A stretch of DNA of 62,784 bases, the filler included, from Rhabdomonas costata (lineage: Eukaryota), in the NCBI GenBank assembly GCA_019059605.1. It is 45 parts of 45 records of this genome, joined end to end, with 100 filler letters (N's around TTAATTAATTAA, not from the genome) between each part and the next. Parts side by side here need not be neighbours in the genome. Positions count along the whole stretch, not along the records: positions 11,177 to 12,474 come from JAHMHO010020191.1; positions 12,575 to 13,872 come from JAHMHO010020192.1; positions 13,973 to 15,270 come from JAHMHO010020193.1; positions 15,371 to 16,668 come from JAHMHO010020194.1; positions 16,769 to 18,066 come from JAHMHO010020195.1; positions 18,167 to 19,464 come from JAHMHO010020196.1; positions 19,565 to 20,862 come from JAHMHO010020197.1; positions 20,963 to 22,261 come from JAHMHO010020198.1; 37 more parts are not named here. One strand, 5' to 3'. Numbering within the stretch: the stretch's first letter is position 1; every line of letters starts with the position of its first letter. Below are positions 12,048 to 23,078 of this stretch, piece by piece. Made by a program: the position numbers and the translations under genes. The notes under the pieces were generated by a model. It saw only the letters and a program-made list of their open reading frames with translations, did not search any database and was not told the DNA's origin.

Positions 12048-14512
12048 CTGAGGCCCGGTCGTTTTGACACGAAGAATCGGTGGGAAGGGAAGCAAGCAAG
12101 GAGGCGCTCAAAAGTGGTACACGAAAACCCGCTAAAATAGAGAAAAACAGCGAAAGTGGAAAGATAAGGAACAGGAGGAGTCCAAAAAAAGGAGAAGAAA
12201 AAGTGGGGGAAAGAGGGAACTCTGCAGCGGAGATGACGACAGGAAGGTGAGAAAAAGAGTCTCAGAATCCTGATTCTGAAAGGGGGGAAATGCGTTTATC
12301 CCGAGGCTACCGAGCAGACCACAGCTTCCAGGCATTACTTTTTTTAAAGGAAGTACCCTATTCCTCCCCTTTCTTGCTTCAAGCGTTAGCCTTTTGTCAG
12401 GCAGAATGAGTTTCCTTGTAAAAATCGTCTGTAAAAATCGGTCTTTTTGGTGCTGACGATTTTTACCAAAAAACNNNNNNNNNNNNNNNNNNNNNNNNNN
12501 NNNNNNNNNNNNNNNNNNTTAATTAATTAANNNNNNNNNNNNNNNNNNNNNNNNNNNNNNNNNNNNNNNNNNNNTGTTGGTTTTCCTGCTGGATGACAGG
12601 GCTCCCAATGGCATGGTGGTCGTCTGCAAGTGGGGCTCACTCAACGCCGAATGGGGGTAGGGAAAGGGCTCGAGGCCGCGAGCCCGCATCAGCCAACGAG
12701 CATGTTGTTGTCATGCTGAAGCCATCACATGGCTTCAGCTGCATCCTACAGTGCTTCTCGTATGCACTGGGCATTACCTTGAAAACATCCAAGACCGTGT
12801 GCCAGCAAGGGCGTTATCGCGGCTAGCAGTGGTGAAGAAAACCAAAACTGAAGGGGTGGGGGTCGAACTAAGGAGAAGATATGACTGGAGATATGACCAG
12901 GTGAAACCAGATAACCTTCGCTTCGGTGCTGCCATGCTGCGACCTTTAAGTAATTTCATGGAAGCGAACAAAAATAGGAACAGAGAGAACTGTGTGCTGC
13001 GGGGCGGATATGACCATCTCTGGGACTGGGATTGAAGGACAGGACAGGACTGGGGAGAAGAGCAGAAGGACCTGGCGATGCCGGACCAGGATCAATCATC
13101 CTGAGAAAAAAGCCCCGCTGCCCATACAATCAACCAATGACTTAAAGGAAACAAGCCCCAAAGAAGAAGACACACAGCTCGGGCTACAAGCCTAATAGGA
13201 AACAGGGTGCTACAGGGTACTGGTCGATGCACTGTCCACGAGTGCAATACTGAGCAAATTTGAGCTTGTCCTTACACACTTAGATGTTTTGAATCAACAC
13301 CCCACCCCTTTACCGGCCAAAAACAACCAACCGCGGGCTCATTACCTCAAAACGGAATCAGTTGCCAAAAAAGAAAGAACACGCAAACACAAAACATGCA
13401 AACATACCCGCCCCCGGAGACGGGCTCCCCAGACGGCGAGGCAGGGGCCTCTCCTCTCTGGAAAAAGTTAAAAGCAGTCCATCGCAGCAAGCAGCCCGTG
13501 AGGAACGAGGAATGAAGAGGGTCCACGGCGACGGTGGTGAGGTCCGGTGTGTGGAGGTGGGGTGGTCTGTGGGGTCTGGTGTCTGGCCCGTCGTTTGCAG
13601 CAAACGCGCAAAATGGAACATTGAATTCGTGGCAAGTATGCCACTGCAATTCCGGCGTTGCTCCATCCCATCATTGAATGATTTACACACCTTTCCGATT
13701 TCTTTTATGGACGCATGACGCAAACCACCGGACGTGTTTCGTTTTGTCTGTGTCTCCTTAGCGCATGGTGACCGCATCCAGGCAGGTTTAGAGATCTGAA
13801 ACATGCACCTCTCGACCGACCCCAACCCACCCATCCGTATTTCGCAGCAGGCCGACCGAACTAAAACCACACNNNNNNNNNNNNNNNNNNNNNNNNNNNN
13901 NNNNNNNNNNNNNNNNTTAATTAATTAANNNNNNNNNNNNNNNNNNNNNNNNNNNNNNNNNNNNNNNNNNNNGTGGTGGGTGTGTTTGGTTTGTGTGGGG
14001 CGAAACATATGGGAAAAAAAGCAGCGGGCGCAAAATAGACGTTGGAAGATAGAGACAAGGAAGAGGTTGATCAACTAAAAGGGTGCACCGTGCGGGTATG
14101 GGCAAAAGGTGCGAACAACGTGCAGGCAAAGAGAGAAGTGAGGGGGGGGGGAGCGACTTGAGTGAGAAATGAGAAAACGTTTAAAAATGAGGGGCCTCGC
14201 CCCACTGTGGGGGTTCCGAAGCCCCCATAAAGTTATGGAACATTTCCCTGTTTTGAACATGTTTGGTTTCATTTCTTTTAGATGAAAGCTATGGTGTCGT
14301 TGATCACACAGCGCGCTGAGGGTTTCCGTTGGTACCACAGCCTGACCCTTCTGAGATCGATGATTTATTGCCGGGGCAATGCTTCGTATAGTCTAGGTTC
14401 GCAATCTCATGCGTGCGCATGAATCACAACTGATTCTGATGTCGGGGTGCCGAAAAATGCGATCGAATAGGATTCGGAGTTCTCCTTTCTTCAAAATCAC
14501 TACTCCGACCAG

Positions 14513-15229
14513 GTTGGCATGATCCGCTGGTTGGACAGCACGGTCCCGCTGAAGTCCCTGATTGAGCAGCAGCTTGCGAAGGAGGGCATTCCCGATATTG
14601 GCAGTCATCCCGCCACGAAGCTGTTCTACAGCTTTCTAGCTTCCAAGGGGGGTCTCAATGTGCCCCTCCCCCAGTGCTACCCCGCGGTATATAGGAATGC
14701 CACTGCGGAAGAAATCCGGAAGCTGATGCGCGAGTGCCACGAGAAGATCCCTGGAGGTTTTTCCAGGGAAGAGGCAGGGGTCTGCACAGAACGCCTGAGA
14801 TAAATGCTTTCCAGTGTGGGGACCCCGAGAATTTGTGAGACCGGTTTTCCCGCATTTTCTCGAGCTATGACCGCCCTCAGCCAGCTCTTTGTGGGTGCCA
14901 CACACCAAGGCTCCAAACCGCAAGGTGACGAAGAGGAAGAGATCAATTTTTGTTTTTTCCAACACTTCTTTGGCTTCTTTGGCTGCTCGTTTGTGGCTAT
15001 TTCTGTGGTCCCTGATGGTTTTTGATTTTTCCGAATATTTTTCCGATGTGACTTTTTGAATGAATGCAAAATTGGGCTGGTTTGAATTTCCCAAAAACAC
15101 CCTCGTTAATGTTGCTTTGTGGTTTTTGGGGCGGGCGCAGATCTGGTGACGCGTGGGCTGAAGGCGCTGTGCCCCACCCCGCAGGCCTTCTTTCAGCTGC
15201 GGAGGAATTTCCTCGACAGCCTTGCAGTG
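14513..15229 (+). CDS. PRKDC: DNA-dependent protein kinase catalytic subunit, PI3/4-kinase-like domain (exons 14513-14756, 15141-~15229)
   Basis: VGMIRWLDSTVPLKSLI...YPAVYRNATAEEI...EKIPG|DLVTRGLKALCPTPQAFFQLRRNFLDSLAV matches the DNA-PKcs pattern GLIEWLENT..LK...Y..MYK.A...E...KVP.DLL.RA.....PEAF..LR..F..S.A; phase-1 intron. Confidence 0.8.
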
Positions 15230-15569
15230 GTCTCGGTCTTGCTCAACCATTCCATCTCTCCACACCCCCCNNNNNNNNNNNNNNNNNNNNNNNNNNNNNN
15301 NNNNNNNNNNNNNNTTAATTAATTAANNNNNNNNNNNNNNNNNNNNNNNNNNNNNNNNNNNNNNNNNNNNTTTGTTGTGGGATCTTGCTTTTATACGGAA
15401 AGTGGTCAAGCCTACCAGCTTGCTTTTGCATTTGCGTTTCCTCTTGGAAGAACCAGCTGCCATTGCAGTGATTATGATTTTTCATGATGTCTGATTGCTT
15501 TCGAGTTTCCACATTTCCCCGACATTTCAGTTTGAGCTGTTTTCGTGGTGCGTCTCGATGAATTCGCAG

Positions 15570-15891
15570 GTATGTCAACGGTACGCTGATCGCGCAGTAT
15601 AACTGGAGCGCTCCTGCTTTTGCAGCCACTGCGTTCTTTGTGATCTCGAAATATACTACTGGATGGGACAACGCCAGCTTGCAAACCGCTACCAGCCTGA
15701 ATTTTCTCGGGTGCTCGCTTCTTCCCATTTCCCCGATTTTTGCCTTTTCTCCGCTGAAGCACTTTGCGTCTACGATGTCGTCTTGTGGGTTAAGTCATTC
15801 CACTTTATCCATCTGTCAGGTGCATTGACGAGATTAGGGTATGGAACATTACTTTACGGCAGGAAGTGCTGCAGACCAATATGCACCGTCG
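15570..15891 (+). CDS. LamG/concanavalin A-like domain (exons 15570-15710, 15820-15891)
   Basis: YVNGTLIAQ...NFLG|CIDEIRVWNITLRQEVLQTNMH contains the Laminin_G_3 motifs; phase-2 GT-AG intron. Confidence 0.8.
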
Positions 15892-16149
15892 GTACGTGCG
15901 TGTGTTCGTTTGCGAGTCGTACTTTTTCCTCTGGATATTTTTGAGTTGCCATTGAGTCTTTCTGGGAAGCCTGCTTCTTCTCCCCGCACATGGGATTTTC
16001 CTGCGAGAAGGCCTTTGAGAAGAGACCTTTGAAAAGGTGGGGATGGTTCAGGAGCGTGCAAAAAGTGTGCCCCCCCCCCCCGGAAACATCGGACTCATCC
16101 CGATTGACACACCCGCTTTTCATGGCAACTCGGAGTAAGCTTCAGGTGC

Positions 16150-16610
16150 CCCTTACACCGCACCACGCCACAAGGCTTGCATCCGTAGCAACCCCGCACG
16201 CCACCGCCTGGACTCTGGGTACCTATTTCTCCCCACTCCTATCCGGGACGGAATACCGCGCGGGACTGAAATGGATACTCGGTGAAATCATAGCGAAGCA
16301 CCCGTTTCCCAGTCTGGATGATCTGGTGATGCACCTTGTAACCTGCACACACAGCGGGGACATCAGCAGAGGTCACTACCTCCTCCGCGATGTGGTGTGT
16401 GCTGCGGCAGCAACTTCGGACTTTTCTACGCAGACTGAGGTTCCCCCTGCCGGCAGGCCAGATCTTATTTCCGCTGACATGCTCATCTCTGGGCCATCTC
16501 TCGCCCGCCCAATAGCAGTGGACTTTGGAGTGCAGACTTCGACAAGACCCTGCGTCCCAAGTAGGGCAAGAAGTCCGTAACCTTGCAGCGGTTGTCAAGA
16601 GACGCAAATA
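16150..16610 (+). mobile_element. Degenerate CRE-like retrotransposon fragment (post-RT, Zn knuckle, RLE start) downstream of a splice donor
   Basis: RLASVATPHATAW...EYRAGLKWILG...HLVTC..SGDISRGHYLLRDVV...TEVP...ADMLISG...IAVDFGV; the knuckle is partly deleted. Confidence 0.75.
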
Positions 16611-17339
16611 CACCGGGCCACTCTCGCCTGTCCTCTCTTTACACCCCTCGAAGATCACCACCCACCCANNNNNNNNNNNNNNNNNNNNNNNNNNNNNNNN
16701 NNNNNNNNNNNNTTAATTAATTAANNNNNNNNNNNNNNNNNNNNNNNNNNNNNNNNNNNNNNNNNNNNGGTTGTTGGTTATTTCTACAGAGTTTAGCCTT
16801 GCAAATAATGCCTTCGGGAAATACCCACTTTCCCTTTCACTTCCACATAAACTCTTCTTTTGGGACATATGCTCATTCGCGGAGGAAATAAATTTAAGTA
16901 TTCGAACGAAGACGTCAAGCCAGCGGGTGAATTCTGTCCTCGTATAAAATCTCAATGTATCAAAATGGACATGTCAACCATCCAGCAGGTTATTTTTTTT
17001 TCGAAAATGAATGGCACCAATGCCTTTGCGGTGCTGGTTACAGCTTTACATCATTACATGTCACAAGCCTGGTTTTTATCATTGCACGCTTTTACCATAA
17101 AGTGGTTGCTGCAGCAGGAATTCACTCAGCGCTCAGTTTACTGGGATGCACATGCCCCAGGCAAAATGCCCGGCTCTATCAGCAGTCATTTCACGTCAGG
17201 TCAGGTGTCGTGAGCTCCCCAGCTTCGAACCCAAGAGGTATTGCCTTCTCACCCAGTGGCACCGATCAGTTTTCTGGAAGCATGCCACATTGAGTACAAT
17301 TCCTCTTCCGTCTACGGACCTGACTCACCTTCTGGCAGT

Positions 17340-17740
17340 CCCGCAGCTTCCCACGCTTCACGCTAAATGCTTCGCTGACTGGAAGATACTCGAAGGGCTT
17401 TCACCCGAACAGCGAAGGGAATGGTTCCCGTCATGACTGGATGTTTGCGGGACCTTGTGGCTATGCCCTCCGACGACACTCTCACGCGGCTCTTCCTCCC
17501 ATCCAAGTGTTTGCTGGCTGCTCCCTGACATGGTGGCCGTGCACGATCTGAGGCCGCCAGCCGAGCCTTCAGAGCCCGACTGGCGCTGTGGAAAACAGGC
17601 CAGCTGAGTGAACTCTCGCGGACCCCGTCATTGCATCGCAGGGACGAGTCGAAGCAGCGCAAATATGTCACCACCTTAAATTTACGGGCTGTTGCGTGCC
17701 TTGTGACTGAGGGCAGCTGTCGCGGGCTGCAGGTTTTCAG
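17340..17740 (+). mobile_element. Degenerate CRE-like retrotransposon fragment (region upstream of RT)
   Basis: TRLFLPSKCLLAAP*HGGRARSEAASRAFRARLALWKTGQL resembles the LF.LPKC.L..P.RGG...R...W..G motif of these elements; contains stops and frameshifts. Confidence 0.6.
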
Positions 17741-18661
17741 GGTTGCTTCTTCGCTATCTACGGACCCGAGCAAGTCCCGCAGCAAATGCGTCTGCATTCA
17801 GTCTCTTTCAACTTGCTCGCACGCAGACCTTGCTTTCTCCACCTGGGCATGGACAAGTGCCGGCTCAGTTCCTAGACTCTTCTTCAGCCGAATTTTTCAT
17901 CCTCAGAGTGTGTCTTGGAGCATGTGACCTTCTTTGGGTTGGGGCAACTAGTTTAGCACGCACTAAAAGCCTGCTGAAGCAGTCGCTGGATGGCATACCC
18001 AGAGCCCAACTCGACCACGTACAGTTCTCTCGCCACTAGCAGCAAGAACCCAAGCAACCCCAACCCNNNNNNNNNNNNNNNNNNNNNNNNNNNNNNNNNN
18101 NNNNNNNNNNTTAATTAATTAANNNNNNNNNNNNNNNNNNNNNNNNNNNNNNNNNNNNNNNNNNNNTTGTGTTCAAAAAGAAAAGGTGCCAGAAAAGCTG
18201 AAATCTTGGGTATCCGTGCGATGTGTGGTCGGTGTGACGTGGGCGGTGTGGATGTTGGAGAAAACAAAAACCACCAACGGTGCCGGTCTGTTGGCACCAA
18301 TTCATAGGGCCGTAGCAAAATTGTTCACACGTATTGCCTCCAAGTCCAGTCTCCAAGTCCCCAAGTCCCTTCACGTGCCCGGGGGGTCAGGCCCCCCGGA
18401 CCTCCCCTGTGCTCCTGTCCCAGGCGACACGTTCATCGCTCCGTAACCTCCATGAAAGTCCTCCACCTAGTCCTTTGCAAAATGAGCCGCCGCTGCGACT
18501 ACGGCGGAGGGGGGCGCGCGCTAAGTATAGTTGTGCCGCCCATTGTTCTCATTGCCTTCCTCTCCCTTCCGTCAGCTCTGCATCTTTGAACAAGAAAGTG
18601 TGTTTACGCGCACCCCCCCCCCCCTCCCCGCGGTTCTTTTCACATCCTTTCCGCACAACAG

Positions 18662-18993
18662 TCCATTTCGGTTCTAAAGTGGCTGTGCGGCTCCATTGCG
18701 GTGAGCTTCACTGTGATTGGCGCCAGCGTCGCGCTTGCAAGCGCAGGCCTGGCGCTGGCGCTACAGGCCCTGCAGAGTGGGGCGGTGAGCGCCGTGACCT
18801 CCATCACCATCACCACAATGGTAGACTACCTCGCGGCCGAAGCTGCAGTCAACACCACCAGCATAACCACAGCCACAACCACTACCTCGGGCGATGTGTA
18901 CGCCACCACAGCGGCGATCACGTACTCTGCCTACTTCCCAGGACCCACAACGTACTTGCTCCCATCCATTTTGAGTGTTTTGGGGCTCAAGAG
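18662..18993 (+). CDS. Exon of a Thr/Ala-rich probable surface protein with a SEA-like GSIAVSFTV motif
   Basis: Open high-GC3 frame SISVLKWLCGSIAVSFTVIG...TTSITTATTTTSGDV, from CAG to AG|GTAAGC. Confidence 0.55.
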
Positions 18994-19565
18994 GTAAGCC
19001 CGCTGCAATGTAGCAATAACCTCTCAGTTCGATAACTCGCGGCTGCCTCTCTCTGCTTCTTGGGAGCTTATCATGTTTAGGTTGGCAATAGCGTTGATCG
19101 GAGGTGCTAGACGACGACTGAGTATTGGCCTTGGGGATTTCCGGCGCGGAGGGGGTACACCATGTTGCTATTCAGCCAGGAGCTCCGTCGCTGATCCTGA
19201 CAGCTTGGCTTGACTGTTGCCAATTTACCATTGTCTGATGAAAGAAGATTCAGAACTCGTAGCGACAGTATACTGAAAACCCCTCACATGGTAGTTCCAA
19301 TCTGTTGCGTTTGAATGCTGAAAAAAATGAAATTTGAAGAATTCTCACGTTCAATGTAAATCTGACCATGACACTCTGAGTACCCTATCCATGTCACTGC
19401 TGAGCCTCTCGCTGTCGACGTCAGCTTTCTGTCCCTCCACCCCAACCCCACACACACCCAACACNNNNNNNNNNNNNNNNNNNNNNNNNNNNNNNNNNNN
19501 NNNNNNNNTTAATTAATTAANNNNNNNNNNNNNNNNNNNNNNNNNNNNNNNNNNNNNNNNNNNNG

Positions 19566-19685
19566 TTGTTCGCTATCAACCCGTGTAAATGCGCTCTCCA
19601 ATCCTCCGACAGCCCGAAAAGAGAGTAGCAAAACAAGGCGGTCGGAGGATTGGAGAGCGCATTTACACGGGTTGATAGCGAACAA
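19566..19685. repeat. Perfect 45-bp inverted repeat with 30-nt loop at contig start (likely amplification foldback)
   Basis: 19566-19610 is the reverse complement of 19641-19685. Confidence 0.95.
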
Positions 19686-20962
19686 GCAAGACCACAAAAC
19701 ACCTTGATGACATTTCACCATTGTGTGGCTCTCAGAGCAGGCACAACAGCGGCTATTGGAAATTAAATATTGCGCCTATACGTACACGCCCATTACGATT
19801 TTGGAAGATAAGTCGGACGAATTTCAGAAACTAGCTTGAGCTCTCGCTGTGACATGACACGGTAAAAATCCTAACCTGGCCCAAACTCGCAAGTCTGGCG
19901 TGGAGTGGAGGAGTGGAGCAGGCAGGCAGTTTCACTCCCATTTTAGAAATTCATGCCAAAAGTCACGAACCCCAGCACTCAACCTCAGGGGAACCCCTGG
20001 ATAACCGAGAATGGTGTGCACCGGCGGGACTAGTGCAAGAAAGGGAACGAATGAATTCTTGGGGTCAGAAGTTTTTGAGCGCTGCATTTTACGGTCTTTC
20101 GGTCTTTTGGTACTTTCAGGGGGAGTGGGGCAATAAAAGGAGTCACGAAGGCTACAGGGCCGAATGGAACCAGGCGATCTCCCTCCCCAGGTTTTTCTTT
20201 TTGAGAGTTTATTCAGCTACCAACCAAAAAATCGCGAAAAAAAACACCATTACCCCCCTACGGCTTTTTCCCAATTACACCTACGCACGAGACCCTGCGA
20301 GACTCATAAACAATTGTTACCATTCATTTGATCAATTCCCCCAACGTCACAGCCACGTGTTCACTGTGAAACGCCATCTGGACATGCGAGGATGGTACAA
20401 GTACAGCCAGACAGGCAAACACTGCACTGGAGAAAAACAACAACAGAAGCAGAAAAGCAGCAAGAGGCATGGCACGAGAAGCGGGAGGGAGGACATTTGA
20501 ACTGAGAAGGACACGGAGACACGCACTTAGGCAACACACGCAGTGCAGTGGGACTGGGGGTGCGGAAGGGATCTCCTTTCGGAATGACAGGGCAACCGCA
20601 TCGTGGGGGCTGAAAGAAAAATCAGCGAGAGAGAAGAGCAAGGGGACGATCGGGCAGATCTGATGCTAGGTCCGAGTCACTCTGGGTGGTCGTACTTGCT
20701 TTGGGTTGTGATCGTATCAGACAAAACCATTTGTTGGAAACGTGCTCATTCTTCCGAAGAGGATGTTATACGTTTGGCAATGAGAACGCCAGAGGACAGT
20801 CAACAGTTGACCAAAGCTTGGCCAAAAAGCATTTGCACTGTCACCCACAGTCCCCCACAAACNNNNNNNNNNNNNNNNNNNNNNNNNNNNNNNNNNNNNN
20901 NNNNNNTTAATTAATTAANNNNNNNNNNNNNNNNNNNNNNNNNNNNNNNNNNNNNNNNNNNN

Positions 20963-21613
20963 GTACATTGCTGGGGAATGGCACATCAGCCTTGGTGGGT
21001 TGACGTGTAGCCCTTGACACACCTTGTGATGGCATGGTGTACTGTGTGGGATTGGCAGGGTCACACATCCACGCTCAGCATCCACCTGATGTAGGGTTGG
21101 GCTGAGGTGAGCCGTAATGTAACCCATCATGGGCACTGCGTTATGGCCTCAGTCAGTGGTAGGACACACCACCCTAGCAACATGAGGGCTATGCGCATCA
21201 ACCCATGGGTCTGTTACCCTGGTAGTAATGGCATACGTCACATGGCGGGTTAGGGACTGGTTGTGGAGGCTAACCATACCCTGTAGCATGGGCTGTAGGC
21301 GTAGTGTATAGGCTACCTACCTCTATAGTTCTATGCGTAAGGTGTAAGGTTAGCGTTCCACCCAGTGTGGTGATGTCATGGGCTGTGCGGTGATGGTAAG
21401 GACCACTCCAACCACTCACCCTCAGCACCCGTAGCACAAGGTACCGTTATGGCATCACGTCATCACTACCCTTGTGTGTAAGGAGTTGAGGTGGATGCTG
21501 AGCGTGGATGTGTGACCCTGCCAATCCCACACAGTACACCATGCCATCACAAGGTGTGTCAAGGGCTACACGTCAACCCACCAAGGCTGATGTGCCATTC
21601 CCCAGCAATGTAC
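20963..21613. repeat. Perfect 125-bp inverted repeat flanking a 401-nt spacer
   Basis: 20963-21087 is the reverse complement of 21489-21613. Confidence 0.95.
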
Positions 21614-21959
21614 AGCACAGGGGTTATGGTACGCATCCTATGGTAATGGTTGTGTGTAGTACCTGGTGAGAGGCTACAAGGCATCGGGTGTGTCCCAGCC
21701 ACAGTCAACACTTGGCACCACAGGGTGAATGTGTGTAAGACCAAGCGTTGATGGAGTGTAGGGTGACGTGACGATGCCATGTGAGCCAATCCACCACGAG
21801 GCATGAACCCAGCACCGTAGCAAGAACCCACATGCAAAGTGAAGGGTAGATGCATGGTAGTTGGGATGATGCCAAGGCTAACCCTACACCTTCAACCCAA
21901 CTCTAAGGGTAAGGCTGAGTGAGGGAGTTCTGCGTGGCCTCGCCAAGGACGGACCGACA

Positions 21960-22206
21960 CGTAGCGCCTTATGGCGTGGAGTGGAGGGAAGTGACAAGTG
22001 TAGTAAGCGTAGAATGACCGACCGTAGCGCCTTATGGCGTGGAGGGAGGGTAGGGTTGAAGAGGGAGGCTGACCCGAGGGACCGAGGGGCATGCCGACAG
22101 AGTGGAGTAGATAGCTGGTCGTCAGGATGCTCGCTACCTCGCATCCTTCCTCCCGAAGTGCAGTGGTTCACTCGCTCCACCGCATACGGTTACGCTCGTT
22201 CACTCC
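21960..22206. repeat. TTAT-loop GC hairpin repeats (CGTAGCGCC-TTAT-GGCGTGGAG x2) plus a related inverted module
   Basis: Exact 22-nt copies at 21960-21981 and 22023-22044; the reverse complement of 22168-22206 resembles the modules at 32592-32744. Confidence 0.85.
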
Positions 22207-22549
22207 TTGACGTCAGGATGTCCTACGCTACGCTTCGGCCATCCTTCCTTCTTCTTCCTGTNNNNNNNNNNNNNNNNNNNNNNNNNNNNNNNNNNNNNNN
22301 NNNNNTTAATTAATTAANNNNNNNNNNNNNNNNNNNNNNNNNNNNNNNNNNNNNNNNNNNNTGTTTTGTGTCATTGCTCCATACGTATCCACACTGGTTT
22401 TCCTTGCCTTTCTTCTTCCTGTTTTTGTTTGTGGTGACTCCCGCAACTGCAAGAATTCCACGAGAACTCATCTGTGATGTTGGTTCTTTGTTCATCATAA
22501 GGAAGTAAACGATCCCCTCCCCCTTGGGTTTGCCCTTGGGTTTTTGCAG

Positions 22550-23078
22550 CGCCCTTGAAGTTTCGAAGGTTGTCCGAGCTAAGACGTTCCCCGACCAGTC
22601 GCCACCACCTACGGCCTTCCCGGCGCTCGTGCATGGCGCGTGGCCCCCACAAGGAGCCACTCCTCACACGCCGCCTCCACGTCATTCGCTGCCGACCTCT
22701 GGCCCGAACCTGCGCTCCGTCGCACCACACCCACAGGCTCTTGTGTCTGCTCCAAACGTCCCCTCGACGCCGCTGAGTGCACTAGGAACCCCTCCTACAC
22801 ACCGCCCCAGGGAATCGTCCGCAGCGGAGCAACCGGAGCAGTGCGCTCGTAGCCCGCCCCAAGAACTGGTGGGGTTGGAATGCATTCGCTCCTCTTTCCC
22901 ACCGACGCCCACTCCGATGCCTCTCTCGGAGGGTCCATTGCGAAAGAGCGCACCGAAAGGTACCGAGCGGAGCCTCCGCAGTGAGTCCCTGAGTCCCCGT
23001 GTGGCTGCCACCGAGAGGCTGCCGTGCACGCCGTTGTGTTTGCATACAACGGCCTGGCAGAGGCTTCGCGGGAAGCGG
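22550..23078 (+). CDS. Pro/Ser-rich low-complexity exon, unknown product
   Basis: Long open frame after TTTTTGCAG, ending at a possible GTCTGT donor. Confidence 0.4.

Noticed and set aside
13410-13560. WD40-like fragment on the minus strand (HTPDLTTVAVDP...LAVW)
   Set aside because: Requires an unsupported very short intron, and the similarity is too weak.
13973-14000. GT-only or CA-only contig ends (e.g. GTGGTGGGTGTGTTTGG; also 32145, ~44600-44621, ~58575-58593) as telomeres or nanochromosome ends
   Set aside because: They are non-periodic and resemble the G/T-only primers of PCR-based whole-genome amplification; uniform contig length reflects size sorting of the assembly.
21088-21488. rRNA, tRNA or spliced-leader RNA gene in the inverted-repeat spacer or elsewhere
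   Set aside because: No conserved rRNA, tRNA or SL motif was recognisable by eye; an Infernal/Rfam search would be needed to exclude divergent fragments.
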